This document shows, piece by piece, positions 8,343-17,900 of a DNA stretch of 64,000 bases. The stretch is taken from the NCBI GenBank assembly GCA_963815115.1, contig CAWFFN010000009.1:1504001-1568000 (forward strand), in the 5' to 3' direction. How positions within the stretch are numbered: the stretch's first letter is position 1; each line of letters starts with the position of its first letter. This stretch comes from an uncultured delta proteobacterium (lineage in GTDB: Bacteria > Desulfobacterota > Binatia > DP-6). The position numbers and the translations under genes were made by a program. The notes beneath the pieces are model-generated. The model was not told where the DNA came from. It ran no database searches and saw nothing but the letters and a program-made list of their open reading frames with translations.

Positions 8343-8449
8343 CGCTGTGTCGTCTCCGCTGACCTCAACGGAGAGTTCCGAGACTGCCTCGCGCTCAAAG
8401 GCCTCCGCGCGGTTGGTTCGTATCCAGGCCGGCCATCGAAGGAGGCACA

Positions 8450-8845
8450 GTGGGATCGTTTCAGACGTGGTTTCGCCCGGCGTCGCCCGGCCGGAGGCAG
8501 GGTTCCGTCTTCGCGGTCGGCCGGCGGGTATACGTGGCGTGCTCGGGAGGCCATCCGGCAGACGTGACGTTGACGGATGCTGCCGGCGCCGAGGCGCTGA
8601 CCCGCCTCGCCGACGGCACCGAAGTCGAGATCCTTGCCTGGCGGCCGCGCGGGTCCGACGGGACTCGCTACTGCGTCCGGGCGACACACAACGGCGTCGT
8701 GGGGTGGCTCCCGGTCGACAACCTCCGGAACACACCGATTGCCGTCCCGGCATCCGCCAAGGACCCGTCAGCCACGGGGCGTGACTCGTCGCCCACTGTC
8801 GAACCCCAGGATGGCCCGCGGCGGTTCGGCCAGCGTGCGGGCTGA
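8450..8845 (+). CDS. Hypothetical protein with SH3-like fold pattern
   Basis: AAGGAGG RBS; LADGTEVEILAW..RYCVRA..GVVGWLPVDNL resembles bacterial SH3; no signal peptide. Confidence 0.7.
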   Translation: MGSFQTWFRPASPGRRQGSVFAVGRRVYVACSGGHPADVTLTDAAGAEALTRLADGTEVEILAWRPRGSDGTRYCVRATHNGVVGWLPVDNLRNTPIAVPASAKDPSATGRDSSPTVEPQDGPRRFGQRAG

Positions 8846-8857
8846 GAGGCGACGCCC

Positions 8858-9037
8858 ATGACAGCGGCGACGGACGAGAAGCCCAGGAGCGAGCGCGAGC
8901 GCGCCGAGGAGAAGGTGAGGGCCATCGTGGAGGAGCTCGATCGCCCGACCTTGGCCCTGCTCTACAAGACGCTCCACGACGGGTTGGGAATTCGCCTCGA
9001 GACCGCGGACATCGCCATCGGCAAGCTGCGCCGGTAG
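8858..9037 (+). CDS. Small helical hypothetical protein (59 aa; below ORF-track cutoff)
   Basis: GAGAGG RBS; MTAATDEKPRSERERAEEKVRAIVEELDRPTLALLYKTLHDGLGIRLETADIAIGKLRR*. Confidence 0.65.
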   Translation: MTAATDEKPRSERERAEEKVRAIVEELDRPTLALLYKTLHDGLGIRLETADIAIGKLRR

Positions 9038-9136
9038 TCCGACGGCCGGCGGCTCGAGCGTCGGCCACGGTCCAGTGCGCGTCCACCCAAACGAACGTTT
9101 GACGGGCGCGCGCGGGCCGGCGTATCCCTTCCGGCC

Positions 9137-10309
9137 GTGTTCATCGACCTGACTCCCGAGCACCGCGCGCTGCAGCAGCAGATCCGGGCGTATTTCCGCG
9201 ACATCGTCACGCCGGCGTACGAGGCCGAGCTCGCCGTCACCGAGGGCGGCGGGCCGGAGTACATGAGGGCGCTCAAGAAGATGGGCGCCGACGGCTGGCT
9301 CGGCGTGGGATGGCCCACGAAGTACGGCGGCCAGGGGCGCACGCCGATCGAGCAGTTCATCTTCTTCGACGAAGCCTGGCGGGCGGGCGTGCTGCTCCCG
9401 ACGCTCACCATCATGTCGGTGAGCCCGATGATCATGCAGCACGGTACCGAGGAGCAGAAGCAGTTCTTCCTGCCGAAGGCGCTGCGTGGCGAGGTCCACT
9501 TCGCGATCGGGTACACCGAGGCGGGCGCGGGCACCGATCTCGCGTCGCTCCGGACCCGCGCGGTCCGCGACGGCGACCAGTGGGTCATCAACGGCAGCAA
9601 GCTCTTCACCAGCCAGGCGCAGTATGCCGACTACATCTGGCTCGCCGCGCGCACCGATCCCGACGCCAAGAAGCACGACGGCATCTCGATCTTCATGGTG
9701 CCGACGTCGTCTCCCGGCTACAAGATCACGCCGCTGCCCACCATGGGCGACGTCACCACCAACGCGACCTACTACGAGGACGTGCGGGTGCCGTCGAACG
9801 CGATGGTCGGGCCGGAGAACGGCGGCTGGTGGCTCATCGTCGGCCAGCTGAACCACGAGCGCGTGTCGCTGATTCCCGTGGGCCCCACGGAGCGCTTCTA
9901 CGAGGAGACCCGGGACTGGGCACGCGAGACGCGCCTGCCGGACGGTCGCTCGCTGCTCGATCTGCCCTGGGTGCAGCACAACCTGGCGCGCGTGCGCGCG
10001 GGCGTCGAGGTGCTGAAGCTGCTCAACTGGCGCCAGGCATGGAGCATGGCGCGCGGCGAGATGAACTACGCCGAGTCGTCGACCGTGAAGGTCTATGGCA
10101 GCGAGTTCTACGTCGAGGCCTACCGCCTGCTGCTCGAGGTGCTCGGGCAGGCCGGCTACGTGAAGGCCGGCTCGCCCGCGGCCGTGCTCAAGGGACGCCT
10201 GGAGCGCATGTACCGCGCCACCCTCATCATGACCTTCGGCGCCGGCACCAACGAGGTGCAGCGCGAGATCATCGCCATGGGCGGCCTCGGCATGCCCCGA
10301 TCCCGCTAG
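9137..10309 (+). CDS. Acyl-CoA dehydrogenase, FadE26/FadE29 (ChsE)-like subunit
   Basis: MFIDLTPE, FAIGYTE.GAGTDLASLRT, QLNHER, TFGAGTNEVQR. Confidence 0.92.
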   Translation: MFIDLTPEHRALQQQIRAYFRDIVTPAYEAELAVTEGGGPEYMRALKKMGADGWLGVGWPTKYGGQGRTPIEQFIFFDEAWRAGVLLPTLTIMSVSPMIMQHGTEEQKQFFLPKALRGEVHFAIGYTEAGAGTDLASLRTRAVRDGDQWVINGSKLFTSQAQYADYIWLAARTDPDAKKHDGISIFMVPTSSPGYKITPLPTMGDVTTNATYYEDVRVPSNAMVGPENGGWWLIVGQLNHERVSLIPVGPTERFYEETRDWARETRLPDGRSLLDLPWVQHNLARVRAGVEVLKLLNWRQAWSMARGEMNYAESSTVKVYGSEFYVEAYRLLLEVLGQAGYVKAGSPAAVLKGRLERMYRATLIMTFGAGTNEVQREIIAMGGLGMPRSR

Positions 10310-10319
10310 GAGCGACCCG

Positions 10320-11441
10320 ATGGACTTCGCATTCACCCCGGAGCAGGAGGCGCTGCGCGAGCTGGCGCGCACCATCTGCCAGGACCACGCGACGCAGGAG
10401 CGGTTGAAGGCGACCGAGAGCGATCCGGACTGGTTCGACCGCGCGCTGTGGGCGGCGCTGGCAAAGGCGAACCTGCTCGGCGTCGCGCTCCCCGAGGAGG
10501 TCGGTGGCAGCGGTCTCGGGCTCGAGGAGCTCTGCTTGCTGCTCGAGCAGGTGGGCGCCGCCGTGGCGCCGGTCCCCGCGTGGCCGACGCTCGTCCTGGG
10601 TGCGCTTCCCGTCGCGGCGTTCGGCAGCGCCGCGCAACGCGAACGGTGGCTCGCTCCGGTGGCGAGCGGACAGAGCATTCTCACGGCGGCGCTCGTCGAG
10701 CTGCCGGCCGAGGAGCCGTCGGCGCCGCAGACGCGAGCCGTGCGCGACGGCACGGGATGGCGTCTCGACGGTACCAAGGATTGCGTCCCCGCCGCGCACC
10801 TCGCCGCCGCCATCGTCGTTCCGGCGTCCACCGGTGACGGTCGGGTCGGCGTCTTCATGGTCGATCCCTCCGCACCGGGCGTGACGCTCGAGCGCCAGGT
10901 GGCGACCAACAAGGAGCCGCAGGCGCGGCTCACGCTCGCCGGCGCGCGCGTCCCCGCCGCCGACGTCCTGGGCGATCCGGCGCGCGGTCGCGACATCGCC
11001 GAGTGGCTGCTCGACCGCGCGCTGCTCGGCGTGTGTGCGCTCGAGCTGGGCGTGGTCGAGCGCGCGCTGCGCATCACCGCGCAGTACACGGCCGAGCGCC
11101 GGCAGTTCGACCGGCCGATCGCGAGCTTCCAGGCCGTGCAGCAGCGCGCGGCCGACGCCTGGATCGACGTCGAAGCGATCCGCCTGACGACGTGGCAGGC
11201 GGCCTGGCGTCTCGACCAGGGCCTGCCGGCCCGCGAGGAGCTGCTGGTGGCGAAGTTCTGGGCGGCGGAGGCGGGCCACCGCATCACCTACGCCGCGCAA
11301 CACCTGCACGGCGGCATCGGAGTGGACGTCGACTACCCGCTCCACCGCTACTACCTCTGGTCGAAGACCCTCGAGCTGACGCTCGGCTCGGGCGCCCGGC
11401 AGCTGGCCCGGCTCGGCGAGGCGATCGCGGCGGCGCGCTAG
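10320..11441 (+). CDS. Acyl-CoA dehydrogenase, FadE27/FadE28-like partner subunit
   Basis: RRQFDRPIASFQAV, QHLHGGIG; adjacent partner typical of alpha2beta2 ACADs. Confidence 0.9.
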   Translation: MDFAFTPEQEALRELARTICQDHATQERLKATESDPDWFDRALWAALAKANLLGVALPEEVGGSGLGLEELCLLLEQVGAAVAPVPAWPTLVLGALPVAAFGSAAQRERWLAPVASGQSILTAALVELPAEEPSAPQTRAVRDGTGWRLDGTKDCVPAAHLAAAIVVPASTGDGRVGVFMVDPSAPGVTLERQVATNKEPQARLTLAGARVPAADVLGDPARGRDIAEWLLDRALLGVCALELGVVERALRITAQYTAERRQFDRPIASFQAVQQRAADAWIDVEAIRLTTWQAAWRLDQGLPAREELLVAKFWAAEAGHRITYAAQHLHGGIGVDVDYPLHRYYLWSKTLELTLGSGARQLARLGEAIAAAR

Positions 11442-11493
11442 CCCCCGGCGGTGGGCGCTGTCAGGTTCCCAAACCGATCTCCACGGAGGCGCG

Positions 11494-12309
11494 ATGTCCT
11501 CTCTCGCGGAGCTGACCCGGCGAGCCGTCGCGGTCGATGGCGCATTTCTCGCGCTCGGACACGAGACGTTCGAGGCCGACGGCGCGCGCTTCGTGCGCAA
11601 TCGTGGCTTGCCCGCGATCCACGATGCCAACTTCATCACCGGCGTCACGGCAGCCACACCCGAGGCCGTCGAGCGTCTGCTGGCGCGTGTCGAGCGCGAG
11701 TTCCCTCACGCCAGGCATCGACAGTTCCTGCTCGATGCCGCGACGCCGCCGGCTGTCGAGGCGACGCTGGTCCTGCGCGGCTACCGGCACTCGGCGTCCC
11801 TCGTGCTCGTGCTCGAGGGGGAACTGCACGGCGCGCCACCGGCACACGACGTGCGGCCGCTGGACGACGAAGCCGGCTGGACCGCCTACGGCCGGATGAA
11901 GCAGCGCGACTGGGACGAGCGGGCGCAGCGTCTCGGGCTGCGCGACCTGGGCTGGCTCGGCCCTGAGCTCGTGCGTCATCACCGGGCCAAGGCGCCGCCC
12001 GCGCGCTACTGGCTCGTGTGGCTCGACGGTGCTGCGCGAGGCTTCGTCGGCTCGTGGGAGGGCGTCGCGGGAGTGGGGCAGGTCGAGGACCTCTACGTCG
12101 AGCCCGAGGTGCGGCAGCGCGGTCTCGCGACGGCGCTCATCCATCGTGGCGTCGCCGACTGCCGGCTGCACGGCGCCGGGCCGATCGTTATCGTCGCGGA
12201 TCCCGACGACACGCCGAAGCACCTGTACGCCGCGATGGGATTCCGTCCCTTCGCCGTGGTGCACAAGTACCTGCTGACGCTCGACGAGCGAGCTTCGAGT
12301 GGGTCTTGA
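11494..12309 (+). CDS. GNAT family N-acetyltransferase
   Basis: LYVEPEVRQRGLATAL acetyl-CoA motif; LYAAMGF. Confidence 0.85.
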   Translation: MSSLAELTRRAVAVDGAFLALGHETFEADGARFVRNRGLPAIHDANFITGVTAATPEAVERLLARVEREFPHARHRQFLLDAATPPAVEATLVLRGYRHSASLVLVLEGELHGAPPAHDVRPLDDEAGWTAYGRMKQRDWDERAQRLGLRDLGWLGPELVRHHRAKAPPARYWLVWLDGAARGFVGSWEGVAGVGQVEDLYVEPEVRQRGLATALIHRGVADCRLHGAGPIVIVADPDDTPKHLYAAMGFRPFAVVHKYLLTLDERASSGS

Positions 12310-12314
12310 TCAAC

Positions 12315-12332
12315 ATGGCCCTATATGGTCAT
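12315..12332. promoter_or_regulatory. Probable toxin-antitoxin autoregulatory operator
   Basis: Imperfect palindrome ATGGCCCTATATGGTCAT, followed by a second ATGGTCAT, directly upstream of the antitoxin. Confidence 0.45.
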
Positions 12333-12341
12333 GTCATGGTC

Positions 12342-12599
12342 ATGAAGCGCGCCAAGGTCTCGGAACTGAAGGCCCGTCTCAGCGACTACCTGGCGGGTGT
12401 ACGGGCGGGCGACTCGGTGGTGGTCTGTGACCGGAGCACTCCGATCGCACGGATCGTTCCGTACGACGAGCGTGACGACGGCTTCGTGGTCCACGAAGCG
12501 CAGCGTCCGGCTAGAGAGGCGCGCGCCGTACGGGGCGTGAAGCCGCGAAGGCGGATCGACGTCGTCCGCATGCTCCGCGACGATCGCGAGCAGCGGTGA
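12342..12599 (+). CDS. Phd/YefM family antitoxin
   Basis: KVSELKARLSDYL..V.AGDSVVVCDRSTPIARIVP; start 12336 or 12342. Confidence 0.9.
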   Translation: MKRAKVSELKARLSDYLAGVRAGDSVVVCDRSTPIARIVPYDERDDGFVVHEAQRPAREARAVRGVKPRRRIDVVRMLRDDREQR

Positions 12600-13018
12600 C
12601 GGTCTACCTGGATGCGAGCGCGGTCCTCCGGGTGCTGCTGCGGCAGCCGAAGCCGCTCGCCAGTTGGGGACGATGGGAGGCGGCGTACTCGAGCGAGCTG
12701 CTCGGGGTCGAGGCGCGTCGCGTCATCGATCGCCTGCGCCTGGAAGCGGCGCTCGACGACGACGGCCTGGCCGACGCCCACCACGATTTGGCGCGGATCG
12801 AGCGCGCGATCGGTACGATTCGGCTGACCCGACCGGTGCTGCACCGCGCTGCCCTTCCGATGCCCGCCGTCGTGAAAACCCTCGATGCGATCCACCTCGC
12901 CAGCGCGCTGCTGCTGCGCGAGCGCCGGGCGCCCTCGCTGACGTTCGCCACGCATGATCCGCAGCAGGCGCGAGCGGCCCGGACGCTCGGCTTCGAGTGT
13001 ATCGGGGTGGGTCCCTGA
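12596..13018 (+). CDS. vapC: PIN-domain (VapC family) toxin
   Basis: VYLDASA, VE, KTLDAIHLASA, FATHD; GTGA overlap with antitoxin. Confidence 0.9.
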   Translation: MTVYLDASAVLRVLLRQPKPLASWGRWEAAYSSELLGVEARRVIDRLRLEAALDDDGLADAHHDLARIERAIGTIRLTRPVLHRAALPMPAVVKTLDAIHLASALLLRERRAPSLTFATHDPQQARAARTLGFECIGVGP

Positions 13019-13102
13019 TCGAGGGCAGCTCTGCAATTCAAAGCGGGCTTCCGTCCGGCCGTCACCGGCGGTCGGGCGACGACGGAGATGCGGCGGGCGG
13101 CT

Positions 13103-14827
13103 TCAGATCTGCTCGGGCGCGGCGATGCCCAGGAGGTCGAGCCCGCGTGCCAGCACGCGCGCGGTCAGCGCGCAGAGTGCCAGCCGCGAGCTTCGCACCG
13201 GCTCGTCGGCGCGCAGCACGGGGCAGCGCTCGTAGAAGGTCGTGAAGGCGGCCGCCATCTCGTAGAGATGTCCGCAGATACGATGCGGCTGGAGCGTCTC
13301 CGCCGTTCGGGCGAGCGTGCCGGGGAACTCCAGCAGCGCGAGCGCGAGCGCCCGCTCCTCGGGCGTCTCCACGCGAATCGCGCCCGGCGCGGCCACGTCG
13401 CCGCCGGCCTTGCGCAGGATCGAGCGGATGCGAGCGTGCGCGTACATGAGGTACGGCGCCGTGTTGCCGTCGAGCGCGAGCATCCGGCTCCAGTCGAAGA
13501 CGTAGTCCTTGATGCGGTCGTTCGCCAGGTCGGCGTACTTGACGGCGCCGATTCCCACCGCCGCGGCGATGCGCGCCTTCGCGGCGGCGTCGAGGTGCGG
13601 TGATTTCTCCTCGACCACGCGTGCCGCGCGCTCGACGGCTTCGTCGAGCAGGGCGGCCAGGCTGATCGAGTCGCCCGCTCGCGTCTTCAGCATCTTGCGA
13701 TCCGGTCCCAGCACCGACCCGAAGGCGACGTGCTCGAGCCTGACCGTGTCGTCGACCCAGCCGGCGAGCCGCGCGGTCTGGAACACCATCGCCAGGTGCT
13801 GCGTCTGGGGCGTGCCGACGACGTAGATCACGCGGCGGGCGCCGAGCGCCCGCACGCGGTGACGGAGCGCCGCGAGGTCCGTCGTGGCGTACGTGTAGCC
13901 GCCGTCCTGCTTGCGCACGATCAGCGGCAGCGGGGCGCCGTCGCGGGTGGTGAAGCCGGGGAGAAAGACGCACAGCGCGCCTTCGCTCTCGCGCGCGAGT
14001 CCGGCGCGCTCGAGCTCGGCGGCGACGTCGGACAGCTCGGCGCTGTAGCGACTCTCGCCCGCGACGTCGTCGGGACGCAGGCTCACCCCGAGCCGCTCGT
14101 AGACCTCGGAGAAGTGGGCAACCGACACGTCGATCAGGCGGAGCCAGAGCGCCAGCGTCTCGGCGTCGCCGCTCTGCAGGAGCACGACCCGCCGGCGCGC
14201 GCGCCCGGCGAAGGCCGGGTCCGCGTCGAACTTGGCGCGCGCCGCCTGGTAGAACGCGACCAGCTCGCGCACGCCGGCTTCGTGTCCGGTCGCCCGCTCG
14301 TCCAGCAGGTGCTCGATGAGCATGCCGAACGGCGTGCCCCAGTCGCCGACGTGGTTCTGGCGCACGACCCGGTGCCCCTCGAAGTCGAGCAGGCGCACGA
14401 TGGCATCGCCGATGATCGTGCTGCGGAGGTGGCCGACGTGCATCTCCTTGGCCACGTTGGGAGCCGAGTAGTCGACCACCACCGTCTCGGGCGGCGCGGC
14501 TGCGGGAACCGCGAGGCGCTCGTCGGCCAGCATGCGGTCGAGGCCATGGCCGAGGTGCTCGGCGCGGATCGTCAGGTTCAAGAACCCCGGGCCCGACACC
14601 ACCGCGTCGGCCACGACGTCGTCGGCCGGAAGATGCGCGAGCAGCGCGGTCGCCACGTCGCGCGGGCTGCGCTCGAGCGGCCGCGCCAGCGCCAGCGCGA
14701 CGTCCGCCTGGTAGTCGGCATGGGCCGAGCGGTGGACCGCCGGATCGGCGGAAGCGGCCTCGGCGCCGAAGGCGGCTCGCACCGCCGCGGCGACGCGCTC
14801 GCGTAGCGCGGGGACCAGGTCGACCAT
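13103..14827 (-). CDS. argS: Arginine--tRNA ligase
   Basis: VDYSAPNVAKEMHVGHLRST (HIGH), NHVGDWGTPFG, KMLKTRAG, GNTAPYLMYAHAR. Confidence 0.97.
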   Translation of the reverse strand: MVDLVPALRERVAAAVRAAFGAEAASADPAVHRSAHADYQADVALALARPLERSPRDVATALLAHLPADDVVADAVVSGPGFLNLTIRAEHLGHGLDRMLADERLAVPAAAPPETVVVDYSAPNVAKEMHVGHLRSTIIGDAIVRLLDFEGHRVVRQNHVGDWGTPFGMLIEHLLDERATGHEAGVRELVAFYQAARAKFDADPAFAGRARRRVVLLQSGDAETLALWLRLIDVSVAHFSEVYERLGVSLRPDDVAGESRYSAELSDVAAELERAGLARESEGALCVFLPGFTTRDGAPLPLIVRKQDGGYTYATTDLAALRHRVRALGARRVIYVVGTPQTQHLAMVFQTARLAGWVDDTVRLEHVAFGSVLGPDRKMLKTRAGDSISLAALLDEAVERAARVVEEKSPHLDAAAKARIAAAVGIGAVKYADLANDRIKDYVFDWSRMLALDGNTAPYLMYAHARIRSILRKAGGDVAAPGAIRVETPEERALALALLEFPGTLARTAETLQPHRICGHLYEMAAAFTTFYERCPVLRADEPVRSSRLALCALTARVLARGLDLLGIAAPEQI

Positions 14828-14902
14828 CGTCCAGGGGGCATGCCACATCCCCCTCTGGCGGTCGAGGACGGTGACCTGCTAGCGGTCTCCACGGAGGCGT
14901 CG

Positions 14903-15274
14903 ATGGTCAAGCTCCTCTTCTGCTGCCGGCGGCTGGCGCATCTCTCGCGCGCGGAGTTCCAGCGCTACTGGCGGGGCACGCACGGGCCGCTCGTCGCGCG
15001 ACATGCCGGCGTGCTGCGGATCAAGCGCTACGTCCAGACGCACACCCTCGACGATCCCACGAACGCCGTGCTCGCCGCGAGCCGCGGCGCTCCCGAGGAG
15101 TTCGACGGCGTCGCGGAGCTGTGGTGGGAGAGCGTCGCCGACCTCGCCGCCGCGACGGGGACCGCCGAGGGCCGGGCCGCAGCGCAGGCCCTCTACGAGG
15201 ACGAGCGCCGTTTCATCGATCATGCACGCTCGCCCATCTGGCTGGCCGAGGAGCATCCGGTCGTGGAGGGGTGA
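14903..15274 (+). CDS. EthD domain protein
   Basis: EFQRYWRGTHGPL, RYVQTH, FDGVAELWW, DERRFID; GGAGG RBS. Confidence 0.88.
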   Translation: MVKLLFCCRRLAHLSRAEFQRYWRGTHGPLVARHAGVLRIKRYVQTHTLDDPTNAVLAASRGAPEEFDGVAELWWESVADLAAATGTAEGRAAAQALYEDERRFIDHARSPIWLAEEHPVVEG

Positions 15275-15900
15275 TGACCGCACCCGTCCGGCTGATCGTC
15301 AATTCCGACTACCTCTGCCCCTGGTGCTACCTGGCCGCCGTGCGCCTCCACCGGGTGGCCGAGGAGTTCGGCGACCGCGTCGCGATCGAGTGGCGCAGCT
15401 TCCTCCTGCGGCCGTACCCCGATGCCTCGCGGACGCTCGAGAAGTTCCGGGCCTACACCCGGTCGTGGGAGCGGCCCGCGGCCGAGCCCGACGCGCCGGT
15501 GTTCCGCGTGTGGGAGAGCGATGCGGGGCCGCCGTCGCACAGCATGCCGCCGCATCTCGTCGCCAAGGCCGCCGCCACGCTCGGCGCGGATGCCTTCGAG
15601 CGCGTGCACGCGCGCCTGCTCGCCGCCTACTTCGGCGAGAACCGCGACATCACCGATCCGGGGACGCTGGTGCAGCTCTGGGACGAGGTCGGCCTGCCGG
15701 CCGCGGAGTTCACGAGGGCGGGCGACCAGGCGCTGGTGGCAGCCGTGGTCCGCGAGCACAACGAGGCCGTGGCGCTCGGGATGAACGGCGTGCCGGCGGT
15801 GCGCATGATGGGCAACGACGTCCCCCTCGTGGGCGCGCTCCCGCTCGAGAGCTACCGCCGCTGGGTCGAGCGGGCGCTGGCGCGAGGCGGCGTCGCCTGA
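15274..15900 (+). CDS. DsbA family oxidoreductase (FrnE-like)
   Basis: SDYLCPWCY and GMNGVP cis-Pro loop. Confidence 0.88.
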   Translation: MTAPVRLIVNSDYLCPWCYLAAVRLHRVAEEFGDRVAIEWRSFLLRPYPDASRTLEKFRAYTRSWERPAAEPDAPVFRVWESDAGPPSHSMPPHLVAKAAATLGADAFERVHARLLAAYFGENRDITDPGTLVQLWDEVGLPAAEFTRAGDQALVAAVVREHNEAVALGMNGVPAVRMMGNDVPLVGALPLESYRRWVERALARGGVA

Positions 15901-15912
15901 GCCGCGCCGCGG

Positions 15913-16299
15913 TCAGCGCGACAGCACGGCGAGATAGGCCGTCATGGCGATGCCGATGGCAGCGAGCACGATCGACACGGTGACGCCGAAGATCGCGCCG
16001 GGCTGGAAGAGCCGGCCGCTGGCCAGGCGTCGCACCCGCCACAGGTGCTGCCCCGCCGCGGCCAGGTTCACCACCACGCCGAGCGCGACCAGCACCGCGC
16101 CGATCCACACCGAGAGACCGGTCGAGCGCGTCGCGAAGGCGGGCATGGTGGTGGAGAGCTCGCGCAGGAAGACGCCGAAGCGCGCCACCACGAAGCCGAA
16201 GCCCATCAACGCCAGTCCGGTCCGGATCCAGGCGAGAAGCGTGCGCTCCTCGGCGAGGGCGACGCGCGGATCGCGGGCCAGGGGGTCCGGCTCGGGCAT
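15913..16299 (-). CDS. YidH/DUF202 membrane protein
   Basis: LAEERTLLAWIRTGLALMGFGFVVARF. Confidence 0.9.
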   Translation of the reverse strand: MPEPDPLARDPRVALAEERTLLAWIRTGLALMGFGFVVARFGVFLRELSTTMPAFATRSTGLSVWIGAVLVALGVVVNLAAAGQHLWRVRRLASGRLFQPGAIFGVTVSIVLAAIGIAMTAYLAVLSR

Positions 16300-16350
16300 G
16301 CGACGCGGAGAATCCTCGCAGCGCCCGGCGCGGTCAACCGAGGAGGGGAC

Positions 16351-16770
16351 ATGAGCGCAGACGAGGCCTGGGAGGGTGGATGCTTCTGCGGCGCCGTGCG
16401 CTGGCGTGCGACGGCGACACCCTACCATCTCACGCACTGCCACTGCTCGATGTGCCGCCGCGTCTCCGCCGCGGCATTCGTCACCTGGGCGAGCGTTCCG
16501 AGCGCCGACTTCGCGTTCGTCGCCGGCACGCCCACACGCCTGGAGTCGTCGCCGCGTGCCGTGCGGACCTTCTGCGGTCGCTGCGGCACGCCGCTCACCT
16601 TCCAGCTCCACGCGACTCCGCGGGAGCTCGACGTCACGGTGTGCAGCATGGATCACCCCGAGCGAATCGTCCCCGAGGATCACACCCAGACGCTGACCAG
16701 GCTGCCGTGGATCAAGCTGGCCGACGGGCTGCCACGGCACGAGACCGAGCGCCCGCCGGTGCGCGCCTGA
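16351..16770 (+). CDS. GFA (CENP-V) family Zn protein
   Basis: GGCFCGAVRW, HCHCSMCRR, RTFCGRCGT; AGGAGG RBS. Confidence 0.92.
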   Translation: MSADEAWEGGCFCGAVRWRATATPYHLTHCHCSMCRRVSAAAFVTWASVPSADFAFVAGTPTRLESSPRAVRTFCGRCGTPLTFQLHATPRELDVTVCSMDHPERIVPEDHTQTLTRLPWIKLADGLPRHETERPPVRA

Positions 16771-17356
16771 GACGGGTGCGGGCGCCGCCCGCGACGGACG
16801 TGTGGCGGAAGCATCCCACCGTGTGGTCGTTCACCATGCCCGTCGCCTGCATGAAGGCGTAGCAGATCGTGGGGCCGACGAAGCGGAAGCCACGGCGCCG
16901 CAGCGCGCGCGACATCGCCTCGGACGCGGGCGTCGCCGCCGGCACCTCCCGCGGTGCGCGCCAGCGGTTCCGGATCGGCGTGCCTCCGACGAACGACCAG
17001 AGATAGCGGTCGAGGCTGCCGTGCTCGTGCTGGACGGCCAGGACGGCGCGCGCATTCGCGATCGCGGAATCGATCTTCAGGCGGTTGCGAACGAGCCCCG
17101 GATCGGCCAGCAGCCGTGCGACGTCACGGCGTCCGAAGCGCGCCACGCGCCGGGGATCGAAGCCGGCGAACGCCACCCGGTAGCGCTCGCGCTTGCCGAG
17201 GATGGTCCGCCAGCTGAGCCCCGCCTGCGCGCCCTCGAGCACGATGAACTCGAACAGGCGGCGGTCGTCGTGCAGCGGCACGCCCCACTCCTCGTCGTGA
17301 TAGCGGACGTAGAGGGGATCGGTGCCGGCCCAGGCGCAGCGGGTCTTCGACGTCAC
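16712..17356 (-). CDS. tag: DNA-3-methyladenine glycosylase I
   Basis: RCAWA, YHDEEWG, LEGAQAGLSW, FVGPTICYAFMQATGMVNDH. Confidence 0.95.
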   Translation of the reverse strand: MTSKTRCAWAGTDPLYVRYHDEEWGVPLHDDRRLFEFIVLEGAQAGLSWRTILGKRERYRVAFAGFDPRRVARFGRRDVARLLADPGLVRNRLKIDSAIANARAVLAVQHEHGSLDRYLWSFVGGTPIRNRWRAPREVPAATPASEAMSRALRRRGFRFVGPTICYAFMQATGMVNDHTVGCFRHTSVAGGARTRLRRAPAGARSRAVAARRPA

Positions 17357-17388
17357 GGGCGCGACTGAACCATCCGCCCGCGGCCGAC

Positions 17389-17823
17389 TCAACCGCCGTG
17401 GTCGAACTTGTAGGTGACGAGCGCGCGGGCCACCGCGTGGCCGTCCGCCGTCTCGACGCGGACGTCGCAGACACAGATCGTGCGGCCGCGCTGCACCACG
17501 CACGCCTCGGCGAACAGGTCCTGCCCCCGTGCGGGTGCGAGGAAGTTCAGGCTGAAGCCGATGGTGGTCCCGCGCGGGTTGCGTGCCAGATCCGCGGCGG
17601 TCCACACCGCCGCGGTCGCGGCGACGTCGACCAGGACGGAGATGGCGCCACCGTGCACCAGGTCGCCGACCGTGGTCACCTCGCTCCGGAACGGAAGCCG
17701 GATGCGCGCGCGGTCCCGGTCGATCGCCGCCGTCTCCACGCCGAGCAGCTGGCCGAGCGGCGAGGCCACGATGGCGTGGCGGACGACGTCGTCGTTCGTG
17801 GGCACGGAGAGGTCCGCTAGCAC
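17389..17823 (-). CDS. PaaI family thioesterase
   Basis: VHGGAISVLVD hotdog motif. Confidence 0.88.
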   Translation of the reverse strand: MLADLSVPTNDDVVRHAIVASPLGQLLGVETAAIDRDRARIRLPFRSEVTTVGDLVHGGAISVLVDVAATAAVWTAADLARNPRGTTIGFSLNFLAPARGQDLFAEACVVQRGRTICVCDVRVETADGHAVARALVTYKFDHGG

Positions 17824-17900
17824 AAGCGGCCGCGACGGGGGAGCCAGGTGCGGGCGCCGCTTGAAGAGGCCGACGGGTTCCGGGAATACGTGGCCGCGAG

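Noticed and set aside
8350-8440. tRNA gene (CTCAACGGAGAG D-arm-like, GGTTCGTATCC T-arm-like)
   Set aside because: No complementary acceptor stem and no 7-nt anticodon loop; kept only as a structured leader.
13019-13102. Hairpin-rich segment between vapC and argS as an ncRNA
   Set aside because: GC-rich stems are expected by chance or as a terminator between convergent genes; no family motif.
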